Assembly: GCF_009914755.1 (NCBI RefSeq) | Contig: NC_060944.1 | From: the human T2T-CHM13v2.0 reference genome, Homo sapiens | Direction: 5' to 3' (one strand) | DNA length: 64,000 nt | Shown here: positions 20,367 to 33,925 of the stretch, piece after piece | Position numbering within the stretch: the stretch's first letter is position 1 | Layout: each line of letters starts with the position of its first letter | Made by a program: the position numbers and the translations under genes | Notes under the pieces: model-generated | The model's database searches: none | Told to the model about the DNA's origin: nothing | The model's input: only the letters and a program-made list of their open reading frames with translations

Positions 20367-23300
20367 TCATTGTATGTTGGTCACAAGGTCACCACTTATG
20401 CAGTCTCTGCCACAGGGCCATCTGGAGCTCTCCTGGTTCCCACCTGTCCCAAGTCTGCTTCTCAGGCTTAGCTGATCATCTGAGCCTCCTTTCTGCATCC
20501 AGTAAACCCCATCGGCCTCAGTGAGCCAGATCCAGTTTCTGTTGCTGGAAACCAAAGAACCCGACTGGATAGCTCCCCCCCACACACAGTGCATGTGTTT
20601 TGTAGGGGAATGACTCCTACAGTCTACTTCAGGGTGGGCATGTCGCCTAAGCCAGGCCAATCAGAGCAGCCAACAGTCAGTGGGCCTCACTCTAGTTTAC
20701 TGAGAGTCACTGGGATATTGCTGGAACTCTCACAAGGGAGAAAGTGTCTTTCCACTGGGCTTTGCTGAGCTGGTAGGATAGCAGACCAGAGTTGATGGGG
20801 GCCATCACCATCACTGTGAGGGAAGAGCTTTCCAGGGGATGAAGTCAACAGCAAAAATCACAGATGAGAAAGGGAGACAAATGCTTCATAGTATCACTAG
20901 AGCTCCTAGATCCAGCCTCTCCTGAAACCCCTAGACTTTCCCACTGCTGGGCCAATGATGTCCCATTTTGACTTAAGTCAGTGGAATTGGGCTTACATCC
21001 TTTGCAATCAAAACACGCTTCTGTTTAACACAGAGACTACAACACTCTGAAACAAATTGCAATCTCCGCATTTCTTCATGGACAAATGGTGTAACTAACT
21101 AAATGTGAGAACGCAGCGCACAGCAGTGCCTCCGTACCTGTCACTCACCTTTCAGTCCCCTAGGAGGACTCAGGCATGAGCTTGCCAGCCAGAAAAAAGG
21201 AAGGAAGCTGCAGGCTATTTCTCAAATTCACATTCCAAGGTGAACAACAGGAGCCTCACCTCCCCCTGCTCGCTAAACTCACACACATTCCCACATCAGC
21301 TTTTCATCACAGTATCGGGCCACCCAAAGTATTCCAAAATAGACCATCTAAATTCTAAGAAGACAAGCAAAGCCAGTGTTAATGAAATGTATAATGCCTG
21401 TTGTAGCTCACAGGTTAGTTTTACATCAAGTTTATGGGCCTGGAGCAGTACATTTATAATGTATGATGTGTGCATGTTTACTACATTGGCGCACCCACAT
21501 ATAATCAACGTGGACTAGAGATTTATGGCCATCTTTATAAGACTTGGAGTATAATTTCATTACTTTTAAATATTTACAGAGGCTGAAAGTTGTAACTTTC
21601 CTTTTATGGCGTAGTGTGGGATACTGTGGTCCTGTCTGTGATGTGTTTAATACTCAGTCCTCATTTAGAAAAACCCCGAGGACAGTCCTGGGCCTTTTGG
21701 GGACAAGCAGCTCTCTGAGGACCCCACAGGAGGCCCTGGGGAGGAGGAGGAGTTCTGAGCAGACATGAACCCCAGTGGGTGGGCGGGCAGGTCTGTCTCA
21801 GGGCTCAGAGGAGACCCTTCCCTGTGACCCAGAAGCTCAGAGGAGACTCCTGGGAAGAGGCAGGACTGGGCTGAGCCTGGAAGGGCAAGTGGGGCCTTAG
21901 GAAGGGAGCAGCTGGGGGGCGGGGCTTCCCAAGAGAAACCACATGATGCTGTGGTCGACGTCCCCAAGCTCTAAGTCACTCAGGTTTCATGCTGTTGTGT
22001 CTCCATAAATCTTCCCCAGACAGAGTAGAGAAAGAAGGACAAAGCATAAATCCACAGAAGTTGGACGATCCTTATTTTGGGAGGGAGAGTCTAGGTCAAT
22101 GTCTGGTTCTGGTTGCATGGTTGTAAGCAGGAACTGTAGGGAGGCACTGGTGACATGGGTGGGATCAATACGCAGCTCTCTCCAAAGGATCTGAGTGAAC
22201 CCATTGAAAAAGACCCCTCCCACATCCCAGTGGTTTCCACAGTGACGAAAGGAGACTAAAGGTTGTGTGTGTGTAAATTAGCAGCAGAGTCAGCTGCAAG
22301 TGACAATAAACCCATTATAAATGTGCCTTAGGGAAGACATAAAATGATTTGCCTCTGTGGTAAGCAAAGCCCAGAAGTAAGTAGCCAGGGCTGATGGAAT
22401 AGCTTCACTTGGAAAAAGGATTCAGGCACAAACCAGTTATTCAGTCAAGCACAACGCATTACACACCTCATAATTCAATATGGCTGCTTGAGCTCCAGCC
22501 ATCACACTCACATTCCACTTAGCAGTGGGGAGGGAGGTGCAGAAACATGTGTTCCTGTTCCCTGAAGACACTTTCTGGAAATTACACATGGCCCTTCTGT
22601 TCCTGTTCCATTGACAACACCTTAATTACACATTCACATATATAATCGCAAGGGAGGCTGAGAAATGTAGTCATTATTTTGGGTAGCTATGTGCCAGCTG
22701 AATTCTTTCTTCCTGAAAGAGGAAAGGGAGAACAAAATTGGAGGAAGTCAGCAGTCTCTTCCATTCTGTACATGAATGTTTGCACAGGTGAGGCCCCTAG
22801 GTGTATTGTGGGAATGTGTCCACACCTGTGTTGGAAGCATTGTTCACCATCAGTTATTAAGCATCCACTCAAGAAATTCTGCTGTGTAAGAAAATGCATG
22901 GATAATAAATGCATATGGGCCATGGATTCTATGGAAATAAATATATGTATACAAATAGATATGGGTATAAGTGTAATTGTGTATGCTCATGCTCACATAT
23001 GTATTCCCTAATTTGCTTATTTATTCAGCTAGTATTTCCTGAGCCCCTACTATGTGTCTGGGACTGTTTCACACACTTGTGATTTAGCATGGTAACATGG
23101 CAGTCAAGGTCATTGATCTCATGAAATTTAGTCTATTGGAAGAGATGGACAAAACCCAAGTACATGAATAATCAAGTAAGATAATATCATCATGACATTT
23201 GTGTAATGAAGAAAATAAACAGTGTGGTGCTTTAGGGATCAATGGGGAGAACAGGGTGCACCCATGACGGACAGGAGGGTTGTGGAGGGTGTCCCTGAGG

Positions 23301-26300
23301 AGGTGACATTGAAGAAAACCCATCGGCCCAGGTACCGCCAGGCATTTGTTTCCAGCTCACTCCCCTTCTCAGAGCTCCAGGCGCTGAGCTCCAGATGCCA
23401 CCAAAGTTTATTCTGCCCCAGGTCCACGTGGCCCAAGGGAAGCTCCTGTTTCTCTTGCACAACCTGCCCCTCCCTCCCTCAGGCTGCCTCATGCAGCCCG
23501 TGGCTGCACTATGTACTGAATGCTGGAGGGGCTGGGTAAGGAGCAGTCCAGGCAGAGAAAGCAGCAGTGCAAAGTCCCTGGGGCAGGAAAGACAATCCTC
23601 TAGTGGAGGATAGAAAGGAGGCCAGGGCACAGCCAGCCCCAGGTGACCCTGAAATGAAGGAGCCAGGTGAGCCCCAACACCACCCTGCTGACCTCCCACT
23701 GGGACTCCCCACTGGGGGGACACATCAAGAATCAGAAGCAAGGGAGCCTTGTGGTGTGGGCCACCTGGTCAGCCTGCAGGTCACAGAGAAGGGGAAGGTG
23801 GGGAGAGGACCCGGAGGACAAAGGGCAGTCATGTGGCACAGGCTGGGGCCAAGGCCGGGGCGCTGGCATTCATTCTGAGTCAGGTGGGGAGCCGTGGGGG
23901 CAGCAGGCAGAGAGATGACAAGGCCTGACTTGCAGGTTTAAAGTGTCCTGTCTTTGCCATGGAGACAGTAAACTGCAGAGGCCCCGGGTGGAGGCATCTG
24001 CGATGACCCAGGGAGAAGTGATGGGGGCTCTGCCTAAGTGTGGACAGGGCAGGTGTGCAGAGGCGGCCTGCCTTGGGTCAGAGTGGAAAAGCCACACTGA
24101 GGGACTCCAGGTGGCTCTCAGGTCTGCCTTGAACAGTAGAGTGACAGCCCCGTCCCTGGACAGAAGCAGCCTGAACGTCTGAGCAAATGGCGGGATCCAG
24201 ACCCTGCTGGATGCTGGGGGTGAGAGCTGGAATGGGACAAACAGCCTCTCGCCCTGGGCCACCTCCAGAAAAGTCCACCTCGGGCCTCAGAAGGTGCAGA
24301 CAGCGGGAATGAGCGAGGTGCCCAAGGGTGGCCCCGCGCCAGGGCACCGCTGTCCTCACATTTTCTTTCCCATCCATTAGGAGGAAATGCACTGGGGCCA
24401 CAGCCGGCTTCCTGCTGAGAAATCAATGGCTCATTAGAGTTCACCTTTGCTTCCCCTCTGCCCTCAGGCTATTAAAACTGGCCAGGACAGAGCAAGACTC
24501 AGCCTACCCAGGAAGGAGAGCAGGCCCCGCCCCTCCTGCAAGGCCACTCCAGCCAGGGCAGCAGCTCTGTCCCCAAGACCCCCCGGCAGCCTTGCTGAGG
24601 GCCTGGCCCCGGCCCTGGCCCTGGCCCTGCAGAAAGGAGACCACGTCAGCCTGGAGTGGAGCAGGCGCAGCTGTCCTGCATCCCCAGTTCAAATCCTGTC
24701 TCCACCACTCATGGGACCTGTGACCCTGGGAGTCACTTCCCCTCCCTGGGGCACAGCCTCCCTGTCTGTAAAATGAGGTTTACCATGAGAGTATCAGCGC
24801 TCCTCTTGCAACCAGAGGCTCCACTGGTTTGAGCAGAGAAAGCAATAGATTAAAGGGTTGTCAGGGGCTTTGGAAACTCTGCGAGGACAGAGAGACAAGT
24901 GTGGGGGGCTATGCAGGCAGCAGGACATAGGATCCCTGGCAGGACTGATCCCTGGGGATCCAGCATTGCTGCTGTGGCCACAGATACCGCAGCCTGCACC
25001 CTGACACCCACCCAGGGGCCACGGTGCAAATTCCTCCCCCACACTCAGTCCAGGTGGTTCAAGCCCCTTCTCCGCACAGAGATGTCACGTGACCTGGGTC
25101 TGGCCAGTAAGATCCGTAGACTGTCTGGGCCAATGAACGTCACCCCAAGGTTGTGCCAGACTCACTGGGAAAGAGCCCAGTTTCTGCTGAGGGTGCTAAG
25201 TTGGAGGATGGAAGCCTGGCTGCTGGGGACCTGCCTTGCCACTACCTGAAGGGCCAGTCTGAGAACTCCACTGACACAGAGGGAAGCAGGGCTGAGAGAT
25301 GGAGAGAAGGCACCCTAGTGACACTGTAAGAGCCCCTGGATGCAGCTGTGCCTGAAGCCACATTGTGAATGTGGAACAGCAAACCAGACATTTTTGTGTC
25401 TTTGTTCTTGGTTTTGTTGCAGTCCTTGATTTGGGTTCTGCCACTTGCAGCCGAAAGATCAAAAAATAATACAAGAAAACACCTGGCATGCCATAGGTCA
25501 GTGTTAATTCCAACACTGGGGGAGGAGGGTGTTAGAGGTGAGCAGTGGAGGTGAGGAAAGGAGAGAGATGAGAGCCCCATGCACTTCTTACCCATATCCT
25601 CAAGGTGATGGGATTCCACCATCTGTGACATGAAGACCTGGGGCAGGGGTCCGGGCACTGCAGGGAGGGGCCCTCCATTCTCATCAGCTCCTCTCCCCTC
25701 CCAGAGGTGAGCAGACATCCTCCCAGGGGACCCAGGGTCCTGATGTGGAGTGTGTCCAAGGGAGTTTATCGGAGGGCAGGGAAGGGACCCCAGACATCTG
25801 CTTCCAACTGTTGCCCTGTTCTCTGTGCCAACAGCCCACCCAGGGCAGCAGCGTTGTGGAATCTTCTTCCCACTCACACCTGGAGGAAACGCCTCATGGA
25901 GATATGGGCAGAGCCTGGTATTTGGCACCAAACACACCTGAGTGCCTGATACCCTCTGTCACTCACTGGCTGTGTGACCCCAGGCCGGTCACCTCGCCCT
26001 CCCAGCCTCAGTTTCCTGGTCGGTGGAATGGGGGTAATGGTAACATAGATTAAGGGAGGCTTAAGGGAGTCGACATGTATGAAAGTGCCTGGTACATGGC
26101 AGGTGCTTGGAATGTGCGCCCTGGTTTTTCCCTCCTGCCAAGAGGCCTGGTGGGTGCAGGAATGACAACTGAGTCCACATCTGCCCTTGGTCAATTAAAC
26201 AAAGTGGCTCGGAGCGTGAAATGCAACTCCTGGTCTGTTTTCAGGACTCAATAACCATTCGTGTGGCCATTATCACCATCGTCACCATTGTGATTGTTAT

Positions 26301-26606
26301 GGGTTGTGGAGACGCACACCTGACATGCTGACTTGGGGAGATCTGGGCACTGATCAGAAGCGTGTTTATGTGAGGTGCTCATAGCCTGTGATGGTCAGGG
26401 AGAGCCTTCCAGAAGAGGACCTGAAGTGGCATCCAAAGTTCATGGGGGCTTGGGTGAGGTAGGGAGTGCTGAGGAACAATAGCTCTAACACACGTGCAGC
26501 TGCTGCTTATCGATGCGTTCACTGTGGGCAGCTGGGGCCTGGGTGCTCCAGGTGCCTGAGCTCATTCAATCTCCACAGCCCCAGGAAGTCGGTGTGAGTT
26601 TGATCA

Positions 26607-26822
<216 letters not shown>

Positions 26823-28104
26823 TCAGACAGCTGCGCCCAGGAGTCCACCCTCTTGAACCCTACGCTGTGCTGTCACTACGGTGGCTCTTCCTCGTATCCT
26901 CTCCCCGTGATTTTAAGACGCACTGAATTTTTAAGGACAGCATTAACTTGACATTGAGGGAAGATTTTCCGCCTTGTGGCCCATCCACTGCCATGCTCTT
27001 GCAGTGTGAGGTCACCGCACCCCACCATCACACGTGTGCCAGTCTGCATTTGTCACCCACCTGCATTCCCTGTCCTGCTGTGAGGTGTGACCACCTGATG
27101 GCCCCATTCCAGTGTGTTCATCCTCAGAGATGTCAAGAAAGCAGCTGGGTGCAAACGAGTCCTATTTAGAGACCAGATGAGGCCCATCTCAGCCCACCGC
27201 TCAAATGGGGAAAATGTACCTTCGTTATTTTCTAAAACTTCACTTAGTCTTGGCAGCATTAGAGCAAGCTGGTTGAAGCATAGACTCTGGATCTAGAATG
27301 CCTGGTTTGCATCCACTTCCTCCCAGCAGTGTGACCCTGGCCAAGTTTACTGGAACACACTGTTTCTCCACTGAGCATGCTGTGCCTCAGTTTCTTCATC
27401 CATGTTGTGGGGATAACAGAATCTTTCCTTAGTATGGCTGAGAAGATTAAAAACTCTTTCCCATAAGAGTACTTAGATCAATGCCTGTAATGATAGATCT
27501 TATTATTTCTATTTGAGTCAATATTCTGCACGGGCAGTGGAAACGTAATCTTAGACAATTTGGGATTGATGCTTTCCCTTTTCTGAGTCTTTACCTGGTA
27601 CCAGGTGACAGCAGGGACCAACATGGTGCCCAGGCACCACCTCCCAGAGCCAGTACTTGCTGGGACATCCATTCTTCAGCCTGGATCATGAGTGTCAGCT
27701 CAAGTGGTTGCCACGGAAGTGCTCCTTGTGGCTGAATGATGGTCCTTCCTGCCAATCTCTACTACTTCAGTGTTGCTTGAGGCACATGTAAAACACCTCA
27801 TAGATCCTGCACCAGGGGAGGGAGGTGAAGGGCAGGCACTCCGCCACCCTCAGGACCCGACTGCCAATCCAGGAGTTACAAACGCAGATTTCTAGAGGGG
27901 TGGGCAAATGACCTAAGTGGGTAGATGGGCTAGCGGGGCTGCAGAAGAGCCCTATGTATAAGGGTGGCCACTTCTCAGCTCTGCCAAGCAGTTGTATAAG
28001 GGAAGGCAGACCCTGTAGAGCTTTTCTGTTTTTAAAGAAGCCAGAGTCGTTTGTGTGAAATAACCTATTAAAAAAAAAAATTGGCAAAAAAATGTTCAAA
28101 GAAC

Positions 28105-28982
28105 CATGTGAAGGCAAACATATTGGAAAGGAAGAAATGAAACTATCCCTATTTGCATTCGACACACTTGTCTATATAGATAATTCCAGCAAATCTCAAA
28201 AACAAAAACGAAACGAACTCCTCCTAGAACCACTAGAACTAATAGTGAGATTAGCAAGGTCGACAAAGAAAAATCAATCATATTTCTGTACGATAATCAC
28301 GTATGATTAGAAAAAAAATTAATACCACTTGAAAAAGATTCCCAAAAATGAAATACTTAAGTATAAATCTAACAAACATGTACAGGATTTGTATGCTTTA
28401 AACTACAAAATATTGATGAAAGAAATCAAGGAAGACCTAAATAAATGGAAATACATACCATGTCCATGGATTGTAGCAGTAAAGATGGAGGACAAAAGCA
28501 GTCAAGATGTCAGTTCTCCCCAAGCTGATCTTCAGATTTAGTGCAATGTTAATAAAAATGCCAGCAGGAATTTTTATACGTACAAACTTATTGTAAAATG
28601 TACAGGCAAAAGCAAAGAAACTAGAGTAGAAAAAGAACAATAATGTCAGAAGCATCACCACCCTACTTAGACTAACTGTAAAGCTGTAGTATCAAGACTG
28701 TGGTATTGATGAAGGAATTCATACATAGATCAGTGAAGGAGAATGAAGAGCCCAGAAACAAACCTACACAAATATGGGCAGTTGACTTTTAACAGCGGTG
28801 CAAATAAGCCAATCAATGGAGAACAGGTAGTACACTCAACAAATGGTGTTTGAACAACTGGTCATCTACATGCAAAAAAAACAAAAACAAAACTGAACCT
28901 CAACCTATATCTCACATCTGGTGCAAAAATTAACTCAAAATGTATCATAAATCCAAATGTAAAACACAAAATTATAAAACTC
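28105..28982 (+). mobile_element. Ancient L1M ORF2 fragment
   Basis: Degenerate ORF2 peptides IGKEEMKLSLFA and [23 protein letters not shown]. Confidence 0.85.
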
Positions 28983-31900
28983 CCGCTCCTCCAGTGGAAG
29001 GCTGCTTAGAATAAGAAAGCTAAATCAGGGGCGTGGGGGGATGGGGATGATGAATTTCCCGCTCACCTAAGTATGAGGACCAGACTCAGTCCACAGTCTG
29101 ACTAATGCTCATAGTTCAGGCCTGGGATGTCCCTGAGGGTGGGAACAGGGCCCATTCCCTCCCTGCATCCCCAACACCCAGGGGTGGATGTAAGCTGCCT
29201 CTTTGTGGCCTCTGCCAGGTAGGGGGTCAGGAGGCTGCATCCTTCCCTGGCCCTGGGAGCTGGAACAGACTGCTGCCCCCAGCCCCCTGCCCCCAACAGC
29301 CTGGGGCCCAACAGCTGCTGGGTAATTCCTCAGCCCCTGGCATGTGTCTGCCCAGACTCCGTAATCCCCAGACCTCCACGGGCTCAAGTGTCAGTTGTGC
29401 CTGATCAGAGAAGGAGGGAGGAGGAGGGGCGGAGTGATGCAGAGGAGGAGACAAGGGAAGGGAAATACTTGGCGGCCCTGGGAAATCCACCCCTGCAGCA
29501 GCTGTGAGGACTCATGGTGCACTGAGATTGGCCTCCCCACCAAATCCACAGGTATTTATGGAGGGCCCGCCGCAGGGGTCACAACTGGACGTCCCAGACT
29601 CAAATGCAGCCCACGGGCATTTGCAAGGGCCGGGCATGTTCAACACACCCAACACTCAGTAAGTTAGGACAGACACCAGCAATGCCCGGTGGGTGCTCAC
29701 TGTGTAAATACGTGCCCTGGGCATGTGCCCTGTGGCTGTGCCCTGTGGTCCTGCCCTCATTTGCCTGCTGCAGATCCTGGCACCCACGTGCTATGATTGA
29801 TGAGGCTCTTGTCAGAGCCACTTGAGGAGGCCTGTGTGCACCCACCAGCCAGGACATCCAGGAAGCCAGTCACAGCCCTAGTTCTAAAAGCCCAATTCTG
29901 GCCTTCCAGGAAGCTTCAGCCGACAAAGTATTGATCAGCCCATTGGATGATAGGAGCCTTGAGCTGCCCAGGTTCCTGCAAGATTCGGTGATCCTCGGTT
30001 CCAGGAGCCCGTCCTCCCAGGGCGGGGAAGAGCATCCCGGGGCTTCTGCAGGAGGCAGGAGGGTGGGCTTCAGGGCACACACAGAAGACCCCAGGGCAAG
30101 TCAGGACCCAGGGCTGTGCTCTGCCACCATCTTGGCCCTAAAGTAGGCATTCTTACTTTCCACCCTTATTACAGGTAATGAACAGGACCAGCCCTTTAGT
30201 CTCCCTGACGTACAAATACCTGGAGGCCCTGTAGGGCTCTGGCCTCAATTTCAGCCCTGCTCCTGCCATGGACTCCCAACAGCCTCCACTGATGGCAACT
30301 CTGTGCCCACCCTGCACCCAGCTCTCGGCTCACAGTGCCCTCTTCTTCTTCCCAGCGTCTCCCCAGGGCACCGTCCCCACTTTAAGGACCACAGGCCCAG
30401 GTGCAGTAACTCACGTGTCCTGGACCTCCTGCTGCTGAGGCTGCTGCCACATGGGACGGGGTCACTCCCCACTGCCTGATCCCCCATTTGCAGCCCCCTA
30501 AACTCTCCAGGCCACACCCACCCAGGCTTGGCCTTGCTGTTCCCTGTGCTGGAGCCCCGTGTCCCCACCCATTCCACCCCCAATTCTTCCGGGCTCCCCC
30601 ATCTCCTCCAGGTCTCAGGATTCCTTCTGCGGCAGTCCCCTGGGACCTCCCTTGTTGACCCAGCACCCAAGACTCTCAGTCCATCCCTCCCTCCCTCCAC
30701 TGTTTCTTCCTAAGACTTATCCCAATCTGACATTATAGTTTATATTTAACCATTCGCCTCTTCAATGTCTGTCTCCTGTCTTGAAATATCAACTCCAGGA
30801 GGGCAGAAATTTGTGGCATTTTTTCCACTGCTATGTTCTCAGGGCGCCTGGACAAGCCACCAGGAACTTACAAGTACTCATGGATGAGTGTTGGGGAAAC
30901 AGATGGAAAGAAAAGGCCTGGGGAGGGAGGCACGGGCTGACGGGCAGCGCTGGCCTTGGGACACTCAGGGAACCTTATGGCAAAGTCACCGCCCCCAGGG
31001 CTCCATGTCTTGTGCCTTCATTCATTCACCACCCATTCATTCATTTATTATTTCACCCAAACAGGCCTTTGCTGAACACCTGCCCTGTGCCAGCAGCTAC
31101 TATGGGTTCTGTGAGTAAAGCAATGAGCAAAACAAACCAAAATTCCTTCAAAGACTTTAAAGTTCCATAGTGGAAGGTGTTTACCTCGCCCCTATCACCT
31201 CAATTGGGAGGGGTGAGGAGAGAAGGTCCCAGGAGGAAGGGGTTTCCTTCCTAGGCAGCTGTCACAGGTCCCGGCGAGCTGTCATGGCAGGCACAGCCCA
31301 GGACACCCCCAGACCCAGTGTGACAAGGGCCCTGGTAAGACAGGGAAGAGAAAAGTTTGATGGTGACAGAAGCCAGCAAGAGGACAGAGGGACAGAGGGG
31401 ATGGAAGTGGCGGGGTCCGGGTCTGGGACTTTAAATGGGGTGACCAAGGATGGCCTCACTGAGAAGCAACATCTGGGTCATGACCAGAAGGAGGACACCA
31501 AATCCTCCCTGTGAGGGACACGATCATCATCCTTATTTTCCACGGGAGGCTCAGAGGAGTTCAGTAACTTCCCTGAGGCCACACAGCTGCTGCATGGCAA
31601 AGCCTGGTTTCAACTTGAAATCAGGCTCTTGACAGGCTATAACTCTGCTCCTCTACGTCTTGCCGGGGCTCTTGGTCACTCTAGGTCTGAGTGTCCTGGG
31701 CTGTGTCTGCCATGAGAGCTCACCCGGGGGCCTGTGACAGCCGCCTGAGAAGGACGCCCCTCCTCCCAGGGCCTTCTCTCCTCACCCCTCCCGATGTTCT
31801 AATGAGCAGGGAGAAAAGACATCATACGGCACAGCTAGAATTCATTCCAATATTAATTCTGAAACCTCATTTTCAGCGGATAATTAAATTACTTTTTAAT

Positions 31901-33610
31901 TACAAACAGAATATCTGTACATTCCCTCTGAGTGAGCACGGGCGGGTGGGGAGGGGGAAAAATGGTGCCGCCTGGCATTTCCTGCTCTGTCCCCAGCACA
32001 CAGCACCCCTGCAAATGGTCCCCTTCTTGTCACATCTGAAGGCTGGGAGCACATGTCCAGGCGACCCACCTGCCCAGTCACCGGACAAATCCCACCAATG
32101 AAGCCGTGTTCTCTGCTGCACGCAGGCAGAGCATGAAGCCCCCGCACTGCCGCCAATAGCCACCTACTCCCCAGCCCCTAAAAGTGCTCAAAGGGAGGAC
32201 ATCAAGTTTCCACTAAAACAAGGAGAAAAGGATCCCCTCGAGGTGAGCTAAGGACAGCAGAGACCACATTGCCTCAGATGGGCTGCAGAGAGGGGTCTGC
32301 GGTGAAGGCAGATGCGAGCTGTCCTGACCCAGGCACTTCTGCAACCCAGCAGAGAGCCCGGGCCAGGGCACAGTGTCACTGCAGAAAGCGACAGTGGACG
32401 GCAGCCTCTTCCCTTCGTGGAGACACATGTCACATGTCTGCAGCTACAGGGTCACAGCAGTGTCCCCTCCTGCTCTCTCCCCAGAGAGCCCCTCCTGCAC
32501 CCTCTGGGCTGCCTCTGGCTGGAGTGTCCAGGCTGTCCAGGCCTGGGCAGGTGAATGACAGAGGAGGCTCCTAGAGGTGCAGCCTCTTGACCACTGACCA
32601 GGTGCAGCCTGGGGACCATCCCCAGGCCCTGGTCACCAAGTTTTTGGGGCAGGGTGGCCTGGTGGCCGCAGACTTTGGGGACAGAGGAGCTGGGTCAGCT
32701 CCTGGCTCCACGGCTGAGCAGCTGAGAAGGGGTGAGTGTCTGCTGCCAGCCACAGCTGTGCCCTGGGTGAGGAGAGGGCCCACCTGGGCTGGGGGAGCCC
32801 AGAGCTGCCTGGGCAGGGATGAGCATAGATGGTGACGGCCACCCACAGCAGCCCTGTCCATCAGAATCCACCCTCTGCATGACCAGCCCTGAAAGCCACC
32901 TTCTGTTGGCTTCTTCCTTCTCCTTGACCTCTGCCTGGCCCGTCCTTGCAGCCCCCGTCAGGGGGACACATGGCTGTCAGCACAGTGCAGCCCCCGGGAG
33001 CAGATGGCAGCGTCCAGTCCCCATGTCCTGCCCCACCTGCCTTTCACATGAAAATGGGAGAGACAGCCAGGCAGATGTATACGAAGCCAGGTGCACTGGG
33101 CAGTGTGGACGCAAGGCCATGTCCCCACCAGGTGGCTGGAGTAGCTGCTTGACAAATGGCCTCTGCTGGTGCCTGTCACTCCTGCAGCCTCTGTCCCTGG
33201 AGCCCTGTCCATCCTCTGCACAGAAATCACACCTGTTATCTCCCCTCCCCCAGCACTCTGCGACCACAGGATGGGAACAGCCAGCCCAGCCTCTGAATGT
33301 CCCATGGCCTGGTGAGCACGAGCGGTCCCTTTATTTTAAAGTGACACCCAGATACCCAGGGTGAGGAGCAGAGCCGAACCTTGCTGCTAGGACGAAAACG
33401 AAACAGCCCCAAAAGGGAACAGCTGCCACTGAGCTTCCCGGCCCCTCCTCTGCACCTCACAAGGCCCGGGGTCTCGGAACAGAAGTGGACTGGCATTTCA
33501 CCCAACTGCTTCTTCATTTATTTCTTCCTTCCTTCATTCAGCAAATGCTGACAGGGTCTCCCCACTCAGAAAGGAGGGGATGACGACAGCCTGCTCAAAT
33601 GTTGTTGGAG

Positions 33611-33925
33611 GGCCGTAGCTCATGCCTGTAATCTCAGCACTTTGGGAGGCCAAAGCACGCGGATCACTTGAGGCCAGGAGTTTGAGACCAGTCTGGCTTT
33701 TTGGCCAACATGATGAAATCTTATCTCTACTAAAAATACAAAAATTTGCTGGGTGTTGTGGTGGGCACCTGTAATCCCAGCTACCGGAGGCTGAGGCAGG
33801 AGAATCACTAGAGCCCACGAGGCGGGGGTTGCAGTCAGCCGAGATTGCACCATGGCACTCCAGCCTGGGCGACAGAGCAAGACTCTGTCTCAAACAAAAA
33901 ACAAACAAATAAACAAACAAACAAA
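33611..33925 (+). mobile_element. AluS
   Basis: Dimer with (AAAC)n tail; TSD AAATGTTG(T/C)TG(G/A)AG. Confidence 0.88.
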
